Positions 18,791 through 27,582 are shown, numbered from the stretch's first letter. The stretch is 64,000 nt of DNA from an uncultured Candidatus Saccharibacteria bacterium (GCA_964469335.1 CAYXYK010000003.1:196674-260673), one strand, 5' to 3'. Notes: a model not told the origin generated them from the letters alone. Numbers and translations: made by a program.

Positions 18791-19177
18791 ATGTTCGTAA
18801 AGATTGCAAAACTCATTGGCGGGAGTAGTTTTTTGGGTATGCTATACCACAAACCGAAAAAAACAGGGACGAATGTCGGGGTGAGAGTTGGAGTAGAAAG
18901 GGGAAGCGGTCCAAAGACCGTCAAGCAGCTCGAGCGCTACTTCAAGGGAGCAGCGAATCACAACCGCATCGCCATTCTCCTTGTAGTCGCAAAGGAGCCG
19001 GGGATCACTGTTGATCAGCTCACCGAGCGACTCGACGGCAACCTTAAGACTATTTCACAACACACGCATTCACTAGTCCGTGCAGGACTCTTGAATAAAT
19101 CGTACAAGGGACGCATGGTCGCCCACGAACTTTCTCCCTACGGCCGCCGCTTCGTCTCCTTCATCAAATCATTCTAA
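18791..19177 (+). CDS. ArsR/SmtB-family transcriptional regulator (start codon uncertain)
   Basis: KQLERYFKGAANHNRIAILLVVAKEPGITVDQLTERLDGNLKTISQHTHSLVRAGLL. Confidence 0.65.
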   Translation: MFVKIAKLIGGSSFLGMLYHKPKKTGTNVGVRVGVERGSGPKTVKQLERYFKGAANHNRIAILLVVAKEPGITVDQLTERLDGNLKTISQHTHSLVRAGLLNKSYKGRMVAHELSPYGRRFVSFIKSF

Positions 19178-19200
19178 CATTCTGCAGAATGTTGGAATGA
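19160..19200. terminator. Second copy of the 30-nt palindrome with flanking A/T runs (probable bidirectional terminator)
   Basis: aaatcattctaacattctgcagaatgttggaatgatttttt. Confidence 0.45.
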
Positions 19201-19211
19201 TTTTTTGAGAT

Positions 19212-19250
19212 AAAAAATCGCGCCGCACCTTGTGGGTGCGGCGGGGGGGG
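19212..19250 (-). terminator. Conserved terminator hairpin, copy 1 (minus-strand function)
   Basis: aaaaaa-tcgcgccgcaccttgtgggtgcggcgg-gggggg on the plus strand. On the minus strand this reads as C-run, hairpin, U-run, immediately 3' of gene 19251..19592. Confidence 0.6.
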
Positions 19251-19592
19251 TCAGATGCCGGTAAGTCTGGCGAAGACCTCGTCATCGTCGGCATTCAGTT
19301 CGACGATGTCGGGAAAGAGCTTCTTCACGAGCGCGAGTGCAACAGCGGAGTCGCCGTCGACGACCAGAACTTTGCCGCAGTCATCGAACTCGGGGTCATA
19401 CTCGATCGCGAGGGCAGCGTGCAGTTGCTCGAGCACATCCTCTGGGCCGAAGATGTTGCAACTCATCGTGACTCCTTGCGGCATTGGGCCGTCGAGTTCG
19501 ATGATGTAGGGTTGAAAGAGTGAGATCCTTCCGTTCCCGGCTTCTTCTTGCGCCGATGCGATGCTCACTGGTGAGCCGTAGATCAGTTCCAT
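19251..19592 (-). CDS. Hypothetical acidic protein
   Basis: 113-aa ORF followed by the conserved terminator. Confidence 0.5.
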   Translation of the reverse strand: MELIYGSPVSIASAQEEAGNGRISLFQPYIIELDGPMPQGVTMSCNIFGPEDVLEQLHAALAIEYDPEFDDCGKVLVVDGDSAVALALVKKLFPDIVELNADDDEVFARLTGI

Positions 19593-19698
19593 TGGTCACT
19601 CCGTAGTTGTTCTGATTATGATTTTGCATGTGAAATTGAATTTGTCAACCTATCAACAACAACCAGATCCATACTGCTCTCGGGTAAGTTCGTTAATA

Positions 19699-19735
19699 TA
19701 AAAAAACGCGCCGCACCTTGTGGGTGCGGCGGGGC
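19699..19735 (-). terminator. Conserved terminator hairpin, copy 2
   Basis: aaaaaaacgcgccgcaccttgtgggtgcggcggggcg. Confidence 0.6.
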
Positions 19736-19747
19736 GATCTCGGATGC

Positions 19748-20140
19748 CTACGTGATGTCGCGGTTGACGATGTGCGCGATCGCGCGATTGAGGATACCGC
19801 TCGAGTCGAACACGACTTTCCCTCGCGAGCTCGAGGATCCTTGACGGAGCCAGCCGTCGACCATCTCCATGACGATCCCGGTCGAATAGAGCCACTGGCC
19901 AGTTCTTGTGCGAAAGAAGATGATGTACATCTTGCTGTACCCACCGGGAAGCGTCTCGGTGATGAGGAGCTCGGAATTCTCTGGGCGCGCCACGATCCGA
20001 GGGCCGTTGTTCGCATCGTTGATCCACGCGAACCATCCATTGGCGTCGTCGCCTTCGTCCGGAGCACGCACGAATGCGACTGGGCTTTCATACTGTGATT
20101 GGTCGTCTTCGCCGACAATCACGCGATTCGGTTGAGACAT
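19748..20140 (-). CDS. Hypothetical protein
   Basis: Start MSQPNRV chosen at 20140 because AGGAGG lies 4 nt upstream; the ORF-track start at 20197 lacks an RBS. Confidence 0.5.
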   Translation of the reverse strand: MSQPNRVIVGEDDQSQYESPVAFVRAPDEGDDANGWFAWINDANNGPRIVARPENSELLITETLPGGYSKMYIIFFRTRTGQWLYSTGIVMEMVDGWLRQGSSSSRGKVVFDSSGILNRAIAHIVNRDIT

Positions 20141-20216
20141 AGAACCTCCTTGAGAATGTGCTGAATATCGAAAGGAATCTTCCGAAGCTGCCACCAAACT
20201 ACCATAGGAAATAATA

Positions 20217-20558
20217 TTGTCTATGACAAAAAAATTAAGTCAGTTACAACCCGAGCCGAGCGACTGTGGGGGTATTTCCAAAAAGCGATACGGTATTACA
20301 ATAGTGGATGCTATGCCACTTGCACTGAATAAAAATTGTGAGAGTTGCCTGATGCCGTTCGACAAGGACACAGGCGTGCGCGAATCAGAGAGGTACTGCA
20401 GTCTGTGCTATAAGGACGGCAAACTTTGTTATGAGGGAAACGACCTCAAGGAATTCCAGCGCGAGTGCTACACGCAGATGCGGAAGCATGGGACGCACTT
20501 GCTTGCAGCGAAGTTCTTCACCTTCATGATTCGCTTCGCCCCACGCTGGAAGAAGTAG
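20217..20558 (+). CDS. Putative zinc-ribbon domain protein
   Basis: CESCLMPFDKD ... RYCSLCYKDGKLCYEG cysteine pattern. Confidence 0.5.
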   Translation: MSMTKKLSQLQPEPSDCGGISKKRYGITIVDAMPLALNKNCESCLMPFDKDTGVRESERYCSLCYKDGKLCYEGNDLKEFQRECYTQMRKHGTHLLAAKFFTFMIRFAPRWKK

Positions 20559-20564
20559 TCTACA

Positions 20565-20605
20565 TAAAAAATCGCGCCGCACCTTGTGGGTGCGGCGGGG
20601 GTGGG
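20565..20605 (-). terminator. Conserved terminator hairpin, copy 3
   Basis: aaaaaatcgcgccgcaccttgtgggtgcggcgggggtggg. Confidence 0.6.
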
Positions 20606-21040
20606 TCAGTGCCGAGTGGAAAGATCTTCCTTGGCTTCGATCTGGTAGACGGTGCCTCCTGTGTCATCGAGTGCGATACAGCGCGCTGTTCCTTCGGGGT
20701 ACACCTCTTCGAGTCCTGCTCGCAGGGCGGGGTGACGCTCGAGGATGTATTCGCATGCGTCGGAGTTCGCGAGGCCGCGTGCGACCGGCGGAGTGCCAGC
20801 CTCTCGGAGTGACTGCCAATGCTCCTCGGGAACGTTCGGCATCAGCATGTCGACGAGTTCACGCCATTCAGTGTCGACCAAGATACAGACGATGATGAAC
20901 TGGTCGTTCCTCATCCCGTGCACCGAGAGCGCACGAAAGGCAAAGTGTTGCAGGCGGGTCATGGATTGCTCGACCATCTCGTTCCGTTTTATGGCTCCGG
21001 GCGAGAGGTCCATTCCGAGCGGGGTACTTTGTGCAGACAT
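20606..21040 (-). CDS. Hypothetical protein
   Basis: 144 aa; GGAGG 8 nt upstream of ATG 21040. Confidence 0.5.
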   Translation of the reverse strand: MSAQSTPLGMDLSPGAIKRNEMVEQSMTRLQHFAFRALSVHGMRNDQFIIVCILVDTEWRELVDMLMPNVPEEHWQSLREAGTPPVARGLANSDACEYILERHPALRAGLEEVYPEGTARCIALDDTGGTVYQIEAKEDLSTRH

Positions 21041-21261
21041 CTGGGTGCCTCCATGGGTGGATATTCTGACGACAAACTACCTCATATTAAATATTTGTCA
21101 AAATTGCGGAAACGCAAACTATCGCATTCCGCCGAGTGCATCAGTTATGTGATTTGCTGTCTCGATAGTGACCTCTGAGTTTTCAGCTGTGTTGCATTCA
21201 ATTTGAATCTATGTAAAATCAAACTAGTTTGTAATTTTGTCAACTCTGAAGGAGAGCAATA

Positions 21262-21750
21262 ATGAATGCGCTCAAAATGACCGTGATTGCCGCAGTAATC
21301 GCGGAGATAGAGTCCATGCGCTCGACTGCTCGCGAGGGTCGAGAAAACGCGATCGAGGAATCCCGCCACCACAAAGGTGCGATGGAGTCCCGCTACGATA
21401 CGTTCAAGGAAGAAGCTCAATATCTCATGGCAGCGCAAGACGTTCGCCTCGCCGAGTTCGAATCCATCCTCCTGACATTGCGACAGCTGTCTGAACGGCA
21501 TGTCGCTTCTTCGAGTGTCGTAGAGTCACTTTCGCTTGTCGAGCTTGAAGATGACAGCGAGGTGCGCTCCCATTTCCTCATTCTGCCAGTCGGCGGCGGG
21601 TTCAGTGTGGAGGTGAACGGACAAAAAATCACCACCATCAGCCTCAAGACCCCGCTCGCACAGGCAATGATCGGAAAGTCGGTCGACGATGATGTCGAAC
21701 TCGTGGTCGCTGGCAGGTCGAAAAACTACGCGATCGTTTCGGTCGCGTGA
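21262..21750 (+). CDS. GreA/GreB-family protein (transcription elongation factor homolog)
   Basis: C-terminal FKBP-like domain ISLKTPLAQAMIGKSVDDDVELVVAGRSKNYAIVSV resembles the GreA C-terminal domain. Confidence 0.6.
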   Translation: MNALKMTVIAAVIAEIESMRSTAREGRENAIEESRHHKGAMESRYDTFKEEAQYLMAAQDVRLAEFESILLTLRQLSERHVASSSVVESLSLVELEDDSEVRSHFLILPVGGGFSVEVNGQKITTISLKTPLAQAMIGKSVDDDVELVVAGRSKNYAIVSVA

Positions 21751-21766
21751 ACAGAAAGGACTTGAT

Positions 21767-22345
21767 ATGCATAGCAACTTACCGAGGCTCGTCGTACTCG
21801 AAGGGGTGGACGCAGTCGGCAAGACCACCATTGCGCGTATGCTCGAGTCGGAACTCGGCTACACGTATTTCTACACACCCCAAGACCCGTTTGCGGTTGT
21901 CCGTAAGCTGGTCGAAGAGATGCAGGACATCAATACGCGTTTCTTCTACTACCTTACTTCGGTCATCGGGGTGCAGCCACAACTCCGTGCCATGCTTGCC
22001 GCAGGGAAGAGGGTTGCGATTGATCGCTATATCTACTCGACCTTCGCGATGCATCGCGTTCTTGGTGCACAGGTGAAGACTGTCTCCATGAGGTCACTGC
22101 CAATCGCATGGCCTGATGTCGGCGTACTCCTGACTGCGCGTCCGGAAATCCGGATTGCGCGAATGGATGCGCGTGCGAAGCAACCGACGCACGACCTGCG
22201 CATCGAGCGTTTCGTCAAAGAGGCGGAAGAGGCGGTGCTCGTGTATCGCACCTACCGCGACCTGACCCCGATCGACACTAGCGACCTCTCTACAGAGGAA
22301 GTATTCCGAGAGGTGTTTAACCTGCTAAGGAGAGCAAGATGCTGA
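21767..22345 (+). CDS. Thymidylate-kinase-like P-loop nucleotide kinase (non-canonical)
   Basis: P-loop LVVLEGVDAVGKTT; DRY motif AIDRYIYS; LID-like RPEIRIARMDARAK. Lacks the canonical REPGGT segment. Start set at ATG 21767 inside ORF-track entry 21689..22345. Confidence 0.6.
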   Translation: MHSNLPRLVVLEGVDAVGKTTIARMLESELGYTYFYTPQDPFAVVRKLVEEMQDINTRFFYYLTSVIGVQPQLRAMLAAGKRVAIDRYIYSTFAMHRVLGAQVKTVSMRSLPIAWPDVGVLLTARPEIRIARMDARAKQPTHDLRIERFVKEAEEAVLVYRTYRDLTPIDTSDLSTEEVFREVFNLLRRARC

Positions 22346-23295
22346 AGATCTTCCGCCGTCTGGTGGACGAAGGGAACGTCGAGTACTCACGACTGACCAA
22401 TACGCGGCTCAAGCTGCACACTCCGTGCCAGTGGACGTGCCACTTCTGCCACATGGAAGGGAATCACGATTCTCTCTCTATTCGCGACAGTGAGGAACTC
22501 ACTCGTGTGCTTCTTCGCTTTCGCGACGAGATGGGTTTTACCGATGTGCACTACACCGGCGGTGAGCCATCAATCCATCCTCAGATTCTGGAGTACGTGC
22601 GCATTGCGCGCGCACTCGGATTCACCGTGAAGATGACCACCAATGCACAGGTGAAGGTCGAGCGATATCGCGCAATGGTCGATGCCGGACTCTCCGAGTT
22701 CAACGTCAGCATCCACACCATGCGTGGGAGCGCACTCGCCGCACTGATGGCCCCGCCTCGCACGAGGGCTTGGGGAGAACAAGCAATCGGGAAACAGCTC
22801 GCAATGGTTGCGGCGCTCAAATCGATCGCCGCACTCAAGGTCAACACGGTGGCAGGCCCTGATGTCTCCGCGCTGGAAGAGATTGCCGCTTTCGTCCGCC
22901 GAGAAGGGGTCGCTTGGCGTGTCATGGATGAGCTCGACCACCCCGAGGTCTCATTCGCCACAATCAACGAAGTTGCCGCAAAGATGGGGGCAGTTCCTAC
23001 CATGGCACACATCATCCGCGGCAGTTCCAGTTGTGGTATCACCATGACCTGCCCAGATGGGTATTCGTTCAAGGTGAAGATGATTCGCCCTTTCCGACTT
23101 CGTGGGATGTGCGACGGCTGCCCGGTGGACACCGCTGGAGCATGCAAGGAGTATGCTTACGGTCCGCGTCTTGAGGGGAGTCCCGACGGCATCGTCGTTC
23201 GCTCGTGCCTGTACCGCAGTGACACGGGCTTCATCCTGCCTGTCGCTGAGTACTTCGACCATGCATTCGCGCAGTCGCTCCGTTCTGAGTTGTAG
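22339..23295 (+). CDS. Radical SAM enzyme, MoaA/viperin-like fold
   Basis: CQWTCHFC (Cx3Cx2C); GGEPSIHP; TTNAQ; NVSIHT. Extra C-terminal Cys cluster CDGCPVDTAGAC...SC. ATG overlaps the kinase stop (ATGCTGA). Confidence 0.7.
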   Translation: MLKIFRRLVDEGNVEYSRLTNTRLKLHTPCQWTCHFCHMEGNHDSLSIRDSEELTRVLLRFRDEMGFTDVHYTGGEPSIHPQILEYVRIARALGFTVKMTTNAQVKVERYRAMVDAGLSEFNVSIHTMRGSALAALMAPPRTRAWGEQAIGKQLAMVAALKSIAALKVNTVAGPDVSALEEIAAFVRREGVAWRVMDELDHPEVSFATINEVAAKMGAVPTMAHIIRGSSSCGITMTCPDGYSFKVKMIRPFRLRGMCDGCPVDTAGACKEYAYGPRLEGSPDGIVVRSCLYRSDTGFILPVAEYFDHAFAQSLRSEL

Positions 23296-23310
23296 TTCCG
23301 TTCTTTCCCA

Positions 23311-23352
23311 TAGGGAGGTTGCACTTGCAACCTCCCTATCTTTCTATACTAT
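23311..23352 (+). terminator. Intrinsic terminator after the radical SAM gene
   Basis: tagggaggttgcac-ttgcaacctcccta perfect hairpin followed by a T-rich tract. Confidence 0.55.
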
Positions 23353-23376
23353 TGAGGAAAACTAAGCATAAAACTC

Positions 23377-23907
23377 ATGGAAATCGAGATTAGAGCAAAA
23401 CTAAAAACTCCCAAGGCAATCATTGCGCGGCTCAAAAAAGATCGCGCGGTTAAATTTGTCGGCGAAAAAGTTGAACGCGATCTGTATTTCAAGCATGCGA
23501 CAGACCGCAAGCGTCAACTCGTGTTGCGCATCCGCAGAACAAAAAATGGCGACATGCTCACTTTCAAGGCAAAGAGCAGTGGAGATGATACTGCTTGGCC
23601 TGATGTCGATTTACCCCTTGCGGACGCTCCTGCCCTCGAGGGAATCCTTCGTGGGGCGAACTATGAAGAAGTGGTAAGAATTTCCAAAACTCGTTCGACT
23701 TACAAATCAGGACATTTCGAAATCAATATCGACCACATCAAGGAACTAGGCTGGTATATCGAGATAGAAGGAAGGGGTACACAGAAACAGCGTCCGCAAA
23801 TAGAGCGGGCACTTGAGCAGATGTTTCTCAGTTTTGGAATACAGGAGTCAGACATTGTACGGCAAGGCTACGTTCCTCTCGCAATTGCCAAACAAAATAA
23901 ATCCTAG
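23377..23907 (+). CDS. CYTH-domain protein (class IV adenylate cyclase / triphosphate tunnel metalloenzyme family)
   Basis: N-terminal MEIEIRAKL (ExExK-type motif), LVLRIRR, C-terminal YIEIEGRG; 176 aa. Confidence 0.7.
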   Translation: MEIEIRAKLKTPKAIIARLKKDRAVKFVGEKVERDLYFKHATDRKRQLVLRIRRTKNGDMLTFKAKSSGDDTAWPDVDLPLADAPALEGILRGANYEEVVRISKTRSTYKSGHFEINIDHIKELGWYIEIEGRGTQKQRPQIERALEQMFLSFGIQESDIVRQGYVPLAIAKQNKS

Positions 23908-23914
23908 TTCGAAC

Positions 23915-24385
23915 ATGGATAAGATTTATGTCACAGAAAAAGGGCGCTTGTTGCTCGTGGGAAAAAGAGATGAGTTAGTTGCAGAGTTGAGAGCATCACA
24001 GTTTGACAAAGGCAAAGCAGCAGCAGGTGACTCAAATTCTTGGCACGACAATGCCGAGTTTGAAATGCATGCAACAAAAGAGATGATGCTTGCTAAGCAG
24101 GTTTCGGAGATCATGCAGCAACTCGAACATGCGATTCTTGTTGAGTCGCCTGTCTCCGATCATACTCTTTCAATAGGGCATGTAGCAGTGCTTCATTCCG
24201 AAGAAGGAGGTCTTGTTGAATATGTTGTAGCAGGTTTTGGAGAAACAGATCTTCGTGCAACACCAAAACGTCTCAGCTACGATTCGCCTATGCTCCGTGA
24301 ATTTTTTGGTAAATCTATCGATGCCGCAGCACATGTTTTAGTGAAAGGGGAGCCGAAGAAATTTACACTTAAGGAAATCAAATAA
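23915..24385 (+). CDS. GreA/GreB-family protein, Rnk-like (lacks long coiled-coil)
   Basis: GDSNSWHDNAEFEMHATKE resembles the GreA GDLSENAEY segment; C-terminal FKBP-like domain. Start set at ATG 23915. Confidence 0.6.
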   Translation: MDKIYVTEKGRLLLVGKRDELVAELRASQFDKGKAAAGDSNSWHDNAEFEMHATKEMMLAKQVSEIMQQLEHAILVESPVSDHTLSIGHVAVLHSEEGGLVEYVVAGFGETDLRATPKRLSYDSPMLREFFGKSIDAAAHVLVKGEPKKFTLKEIK

Positions 24386-24453
24386 TCCTACTAGAGTTGT
24401 CAGGAACTTTTTCTGAGCAATCCTATACAAAATTTTTTTGGTAAAATAACGTC

Positions 24454-24906
24454 ATGAAAAAATTACATTTTTCCGTTCACGTCAACGCAAGCAAGGAGAA
24501 GGTTTGGGATATCATGCTCAGCGATGCGACCTATCGCGAGTGGACATCGGTATTCAACCCAGGAGGTTCATATTACAAAGGAGACTGGAGCGAGGGGAGC
24601 AAGATGCTATTCCTTGGCCCTGATGATAAGGGTGCAATCGGAGGGATGGTGAGCATGATAGACAAGAACATCCCGAATGAATTCCTGTCGATCAAGCACG
24701 TCGGAGAGCTAAAGGGCGACGTGGAAGACACGACCAGTCCTGAGGTGCTCAAATGGTCCGGAGCATTCGAGAACTACACGTTCAAAGAGGTGGATGGCGG
24801 TACCGAGCTCTCGGTCGACCTCAACGTCGTTGAAGAATTTGAAGACTACATGACCGACACCTGGCCCCCAGCCCTCGAGAAACTCAAAGGAATGTGCGAA
24901 CGATAG
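24454..24906 (+). CDS. SRPBCC / AHSA1-like domain protein
   Basis: Sequence profile typical of the activator-of-Hsp90-ATPase / polyketide-cyclase SRPBCC fold (KVWDIMLSDATYREW...). Confidence 0.55.
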   Translation: MKKLHFSVHVNASKEKVWDIMLSDATYREWTSVFNPGGSYYKGDWSEGSKMLFLGPDDKGAIGGMVSMIDKNIPNEFLSIKHVGELKGDVEDTTSPEVLKWSGAFENYTFKEVDGGTELSVDLNVVEEFEDYMTDTWPPALEKLKGMCER

Positions 24907-25029
24907 GTCTTGGAAATGTGCAAGAGAAAACAGTAGCTACCGCGCCCACTGTCGTGTAGTGCAGTTCACAACCACGTTTTTATAGCGTGCTGAATGAATT
25001 GGGGTAGACGCCGAAGACGAGATCAAAAA

Positions 25030-25056
25030 AACACGCCGATCGGTGTGTTTGTTGTT
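25030..25056. terminator. Putative bidirectional terminator hairpin
   Basis: aaaaaaacacgccgatcggtgtgtttgttgttattttttt. Confidence 0.4.
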
Positions 25057-25336
25057 ATTTTTTTCCAGAGCCGGACGAGAGCCCGGCAATGATCATGAGC
25101 AATAATGCTCCAGTCGCCACTTTTCCTGCTGGGCTCATTCCACGGCGTGGAACGTTCTCCTGCGGGGAGTATTCACCTTCAACCACGGTTTGGTTGAACA
25201 TTCCGTGTTTGACCATCCTTTCTTTCATGCAGAGAGGACAGCGATACAGATCGTAGAGTGGTCGATCAAAAATGTGATCCATTTCGACGAGTTCGTTGAA
25301 AGGTCCGCGACACGAGGGGGTGTTGCAATATTGCAC
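25055..25336 (-). CDS. Small Cys-rich protein with C-terminal transmembrane helix, hypothetical
   Basis: CNTPSC ... CPLC pairs plus a hydrophobic tail. Confidence 0.4.
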   Translation of the reverse strand: MQYCNTPSCRGPFNELVEMDHIFDRPLYDLYRCPLCMKERMVKHGMFNQTVVEGEYSPQENVPRRGMSPAGKVATGALLLMIIAGLSSGSGKK

Positions 25337-25517
25337 GATTTTCTCCTAACATTGGTGAAGGAACATGAGAGGGATTCCCACATTTCCATATTCACACTAC
25401 AACATTCACAGTGTAGGTCAATAGCAGTGCTACTTGATAGGGTAAAAGTTGACCCGTAGCTGGTGATTGAGTAGTGTCTAGGAAGATCATCAACACAAAG
25501 GCCGAAGGGAGGGAAAT

Positions 25518-25760
25518 GTGCCAGTCATATGGAGTTCGGTGAACATTGCGCTCACCCTCACGCCAAGGTGGAAGAAGTATCATCGACTTCTTCCGTGCGA
25601 TGGGGTGAGTCCTGTCACACTCGTCAATCATGGTCGCAAACATCGCTGGTGGGGTTGCGACGGCAAGCCGCGCCTTGTCTGCCAGTTCTGCGGTCTCACC
25701 AAGGAGGAGTTGCGTGACCCGCTCACCATCACGCTCGAAGAAGCCCTGAAAGGGGACTAA
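25518..25760 (+). CDS. Hypothetical small protein
   Basis: 80-aa ORF followed by the hairpin gccccgcatacacgacgtatgtggggc-attt. Confidence 0.3.
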   Translation: MPVIWSSVNIALTLTPRWKKYHRLLPCDGVSPVTLVNHGRKHRWWGCDGKPRLVCQFCGLTKEELRDPLTITLEEALKGD

Positions 25761-25799
25761 GCCCCGCATACACGACGTATGTGGGGCATTTGTTTGTAT

Positions 25800-25850
25800 A
25801 AAAAATCGCGCCGCACCTGGTGGGGTGCGGCGGGTGGGGAGGGGGGGTGC
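25800..25850 (-). terminator. Conserved terminator hairpin, copy 4
   Basis: aaaaaatcgcgccgcacctggtggggtgcggcgggtgggg. Confidence 0.55.
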
Positions 25851-25861
25851 GAGAGAGCAGA

Positions 25862-26209
25862 CTACTTGTCCCGCTTTCGCATGCCGAGACACTTCAGCAT
25901 CTGCACGGCTTCGAATGCGCGGAAGAGCTTGTCCCATTCCCAGTCACTCGGGATCTCGAGCATGATGCCTTCGATCGAGTAGTAACCCCAGTGAGGAAGG
26001 AACTCGATGATGGTGCCCGGCGTCGAGTTGAACTCGAACTTGTAGGGGAAGTACTCGTACCCGCCCTTGCCCGGCTCGCCGCGTAGCCACTCGACCACGC
26101 GGCAGTTCTCGGTCAGCATACGGACGATGCCGAGGTTTCGCTTCCATTCGGCGTGATCACGCAGTCCGGGGCGGGACGGCCAAACGATGGCGGAGAGATC
26201 GGTTTGCAT
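25862..26209 (-). CDS. Hypothetical protein
   Basis: Start MQTDLS at 26209 with AAGGA 6 nt upstream; ORF track extends to 26275. Confidence 0.45.
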   Translation of the reverse strand: MQTDLSAIVWPSRPGLRDHAEWKRNLGIVRMLTENCRVVEWLRGEPGKGGYEYFPYKFEFNSTPGTIIEFLPHWGYYSIEGIMLEIPSDWEWDKLFRAFEAVQMLKCLGMRKRDK

Positions 26210-26478
26210 TGCTGTCCTTTCGTGGAGATATTGCGGAGTGCAACTAGAAAAACAATAGCACGAAATACTTGCCAAGTCAAATGTGAACGATCACCAGTCA
26301 CATCGCGATGGAATAGCCGCATGATACAAAACACAGCCACCAGTCGTGAGACGTGCAGCTGCGTAATGTAGTGACAAAGAAAGTTTTGAGGCTTACTGAA
26401 CCACGTGTGCAGTATACAGGAGGGTGATGAGCTCACGATGAGGCGAGCTGCCGAGAGGCGAACCGGGGGAACCGTTCG

Positions 26479-26922
26479 TTATATGAAATAGAAGACGGCT
26501 GCTGCAGCTTCGAGGCAGGCGAGTGAGCCGCTCGCCATGATCGCCGTTTTCCTCACCATCCACTTCTTCTCAGTGCCGCCGAACATCACTGCTGACGCTT
26601 GAGTCGGAACGACGAATCCGAGCCAAAAGAATCCCGCAAGGCCAAAGATGTTCCACTCTGCAGGGAATCCTGCGACAAGAAGTGCAAAGACGAATGAGGT
26701 GATAAAGGTGAAGAGTACCTGGAGGCCGAGTTGAGTGCCCATGCCTTTCTGAGCCTTCTCCTGCTCTTCCTTTGAAAGCGAGTTGTATCCGTGGATCTCC
26801 CCCCATTGATTGCGGAAGATTCCCATATACCACGCGCCACCGATAATGAACTGCACTGCGGTTGCGACGAAAACTGCAAGATAGTTGATCATCATAATAT
26901 GTGAAATTATACATTTCAGCAT
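26479..26922 (-). CDS. DUF1761-like membrane protein
   Basis: Hydrophobic protein with GGAWYMGIFRNQWG and typical DUF1761-like layout; family assignment is from memory. Confidence 0.45.
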   Translation of the reverse strand: MLKCIISHIMMINYLAVFVATAVQFIIGGAWYMGIFRNQWGEIHGYNSLSKEEQEKAQKGMGTQLGLQVLFTFITSFVFALLVAGFPAEWNIFGLAGFFWLGFVVPTQASAVMFGGTEKKWMVRKTAIMASGSLACLEAAAAVFYFI

Positions 26923-27063
26923 AGCATCGAAAGACTGCGAATGTGAATGGTGCGTCTTCGCTCGGTGGAGAGAGATGGTTCAGGCCAAATGCACTGCCGC
27001 TGCTTCGTCTGAAAAGAGGCGAATGAATTGTGATTCCATTCACGAGAGAGTAATCTGAGTGGT

Positions 27064-27582
27064 ATGGATATACTTTCTCACGGACTTTGGGGCGGAGCGG
27101 CATTCGGAAGGAAGAACAAGAAGGATTTCTGGTGGGCATTCTTTTTCGGGATCGCCCCCGACCTGTTCTCATTCGGTATTTTCACCGCGATGACCGTACT
27201 CGGGTTCGCGTCCGGCCCCGATTGGAGCGGGGGTCCTCCGAGCGAGAGTGCGATACCGACATATGTGCATGACCTCTATCATTTCACGCATAGTTTCATC
27301 ATCTTTGCGCTTGCTTTCGCCACAGTGTGGGTATACCGTCGCAAAGCGTTTTTCCCGATGCTTGCATGGCCGCTCCATATCATCGTCGATATACCGACGC
27401 ACTCCACGAGCTTCTTTCCGACACCGTTCCTGTGGCCATTCTTCGACAACGTACGAGTGGACGGCATCCCGTGGTCGCACCCGATGATTTTCATCCCGAA
27501 TGTCGTTCTGCTCGCCGCTGTCTACCTCTGGTTCTTCGTCGTGCGACCTCGCCTCCCTGCCCGCCGCTCCACCCAGAAGTGA
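27064..27582 (+). CDS. Membrane-bound putative metal-dependent hydrolase (YdjM-like)
   Basis: Multi-pass membrane protein with conserved His residues (SHGLWGG, HIIVDIPTH). Confidence 0.4.
   Translation: MDILSHGLWGGAAFGRKNKKDFWWAFFFGIAPDLFSFGIFTAMTVLGFASGPDWSGGPPSESAIPTYVHDLYHFTHSFIIFALAFATVWVYRRKAFFPMLAWPLHIIVDIPTHSTSFFPTPFLWPFFDNVRVDGIPWSHPMIFIPNVVLLAAVYLWFFVVRPRLPARRSTQK

Noticed and set aside
21689-21766. The longer N-terminal extension of the kinase ORF (track start 21689)
   Set aside because: The extension overlaps the upstream GreA-like gene and is Arg/Ser-rich. The P-loop protein begins naturally at ATG 21767 (MHSNLPRLVVLEG).
25392-25937. ORF 25392..25937 (-, 181 aa), overlapping gene 25518..25760 and terminator copy 4
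   Set aside because: It spans an intergenic terminator hairpin and a promoter region, so it is unlikely to be a gene.
26570-27172. ORF 26570..27172 (-, 200 aa), overlapping the DUF1761-like gene in another frame
   Set aside because: The Arg/Ser-rich translation overlaps the start of the divergent gene at 27064. The 26479..26922 frame gives a coherent membrane protein instead.
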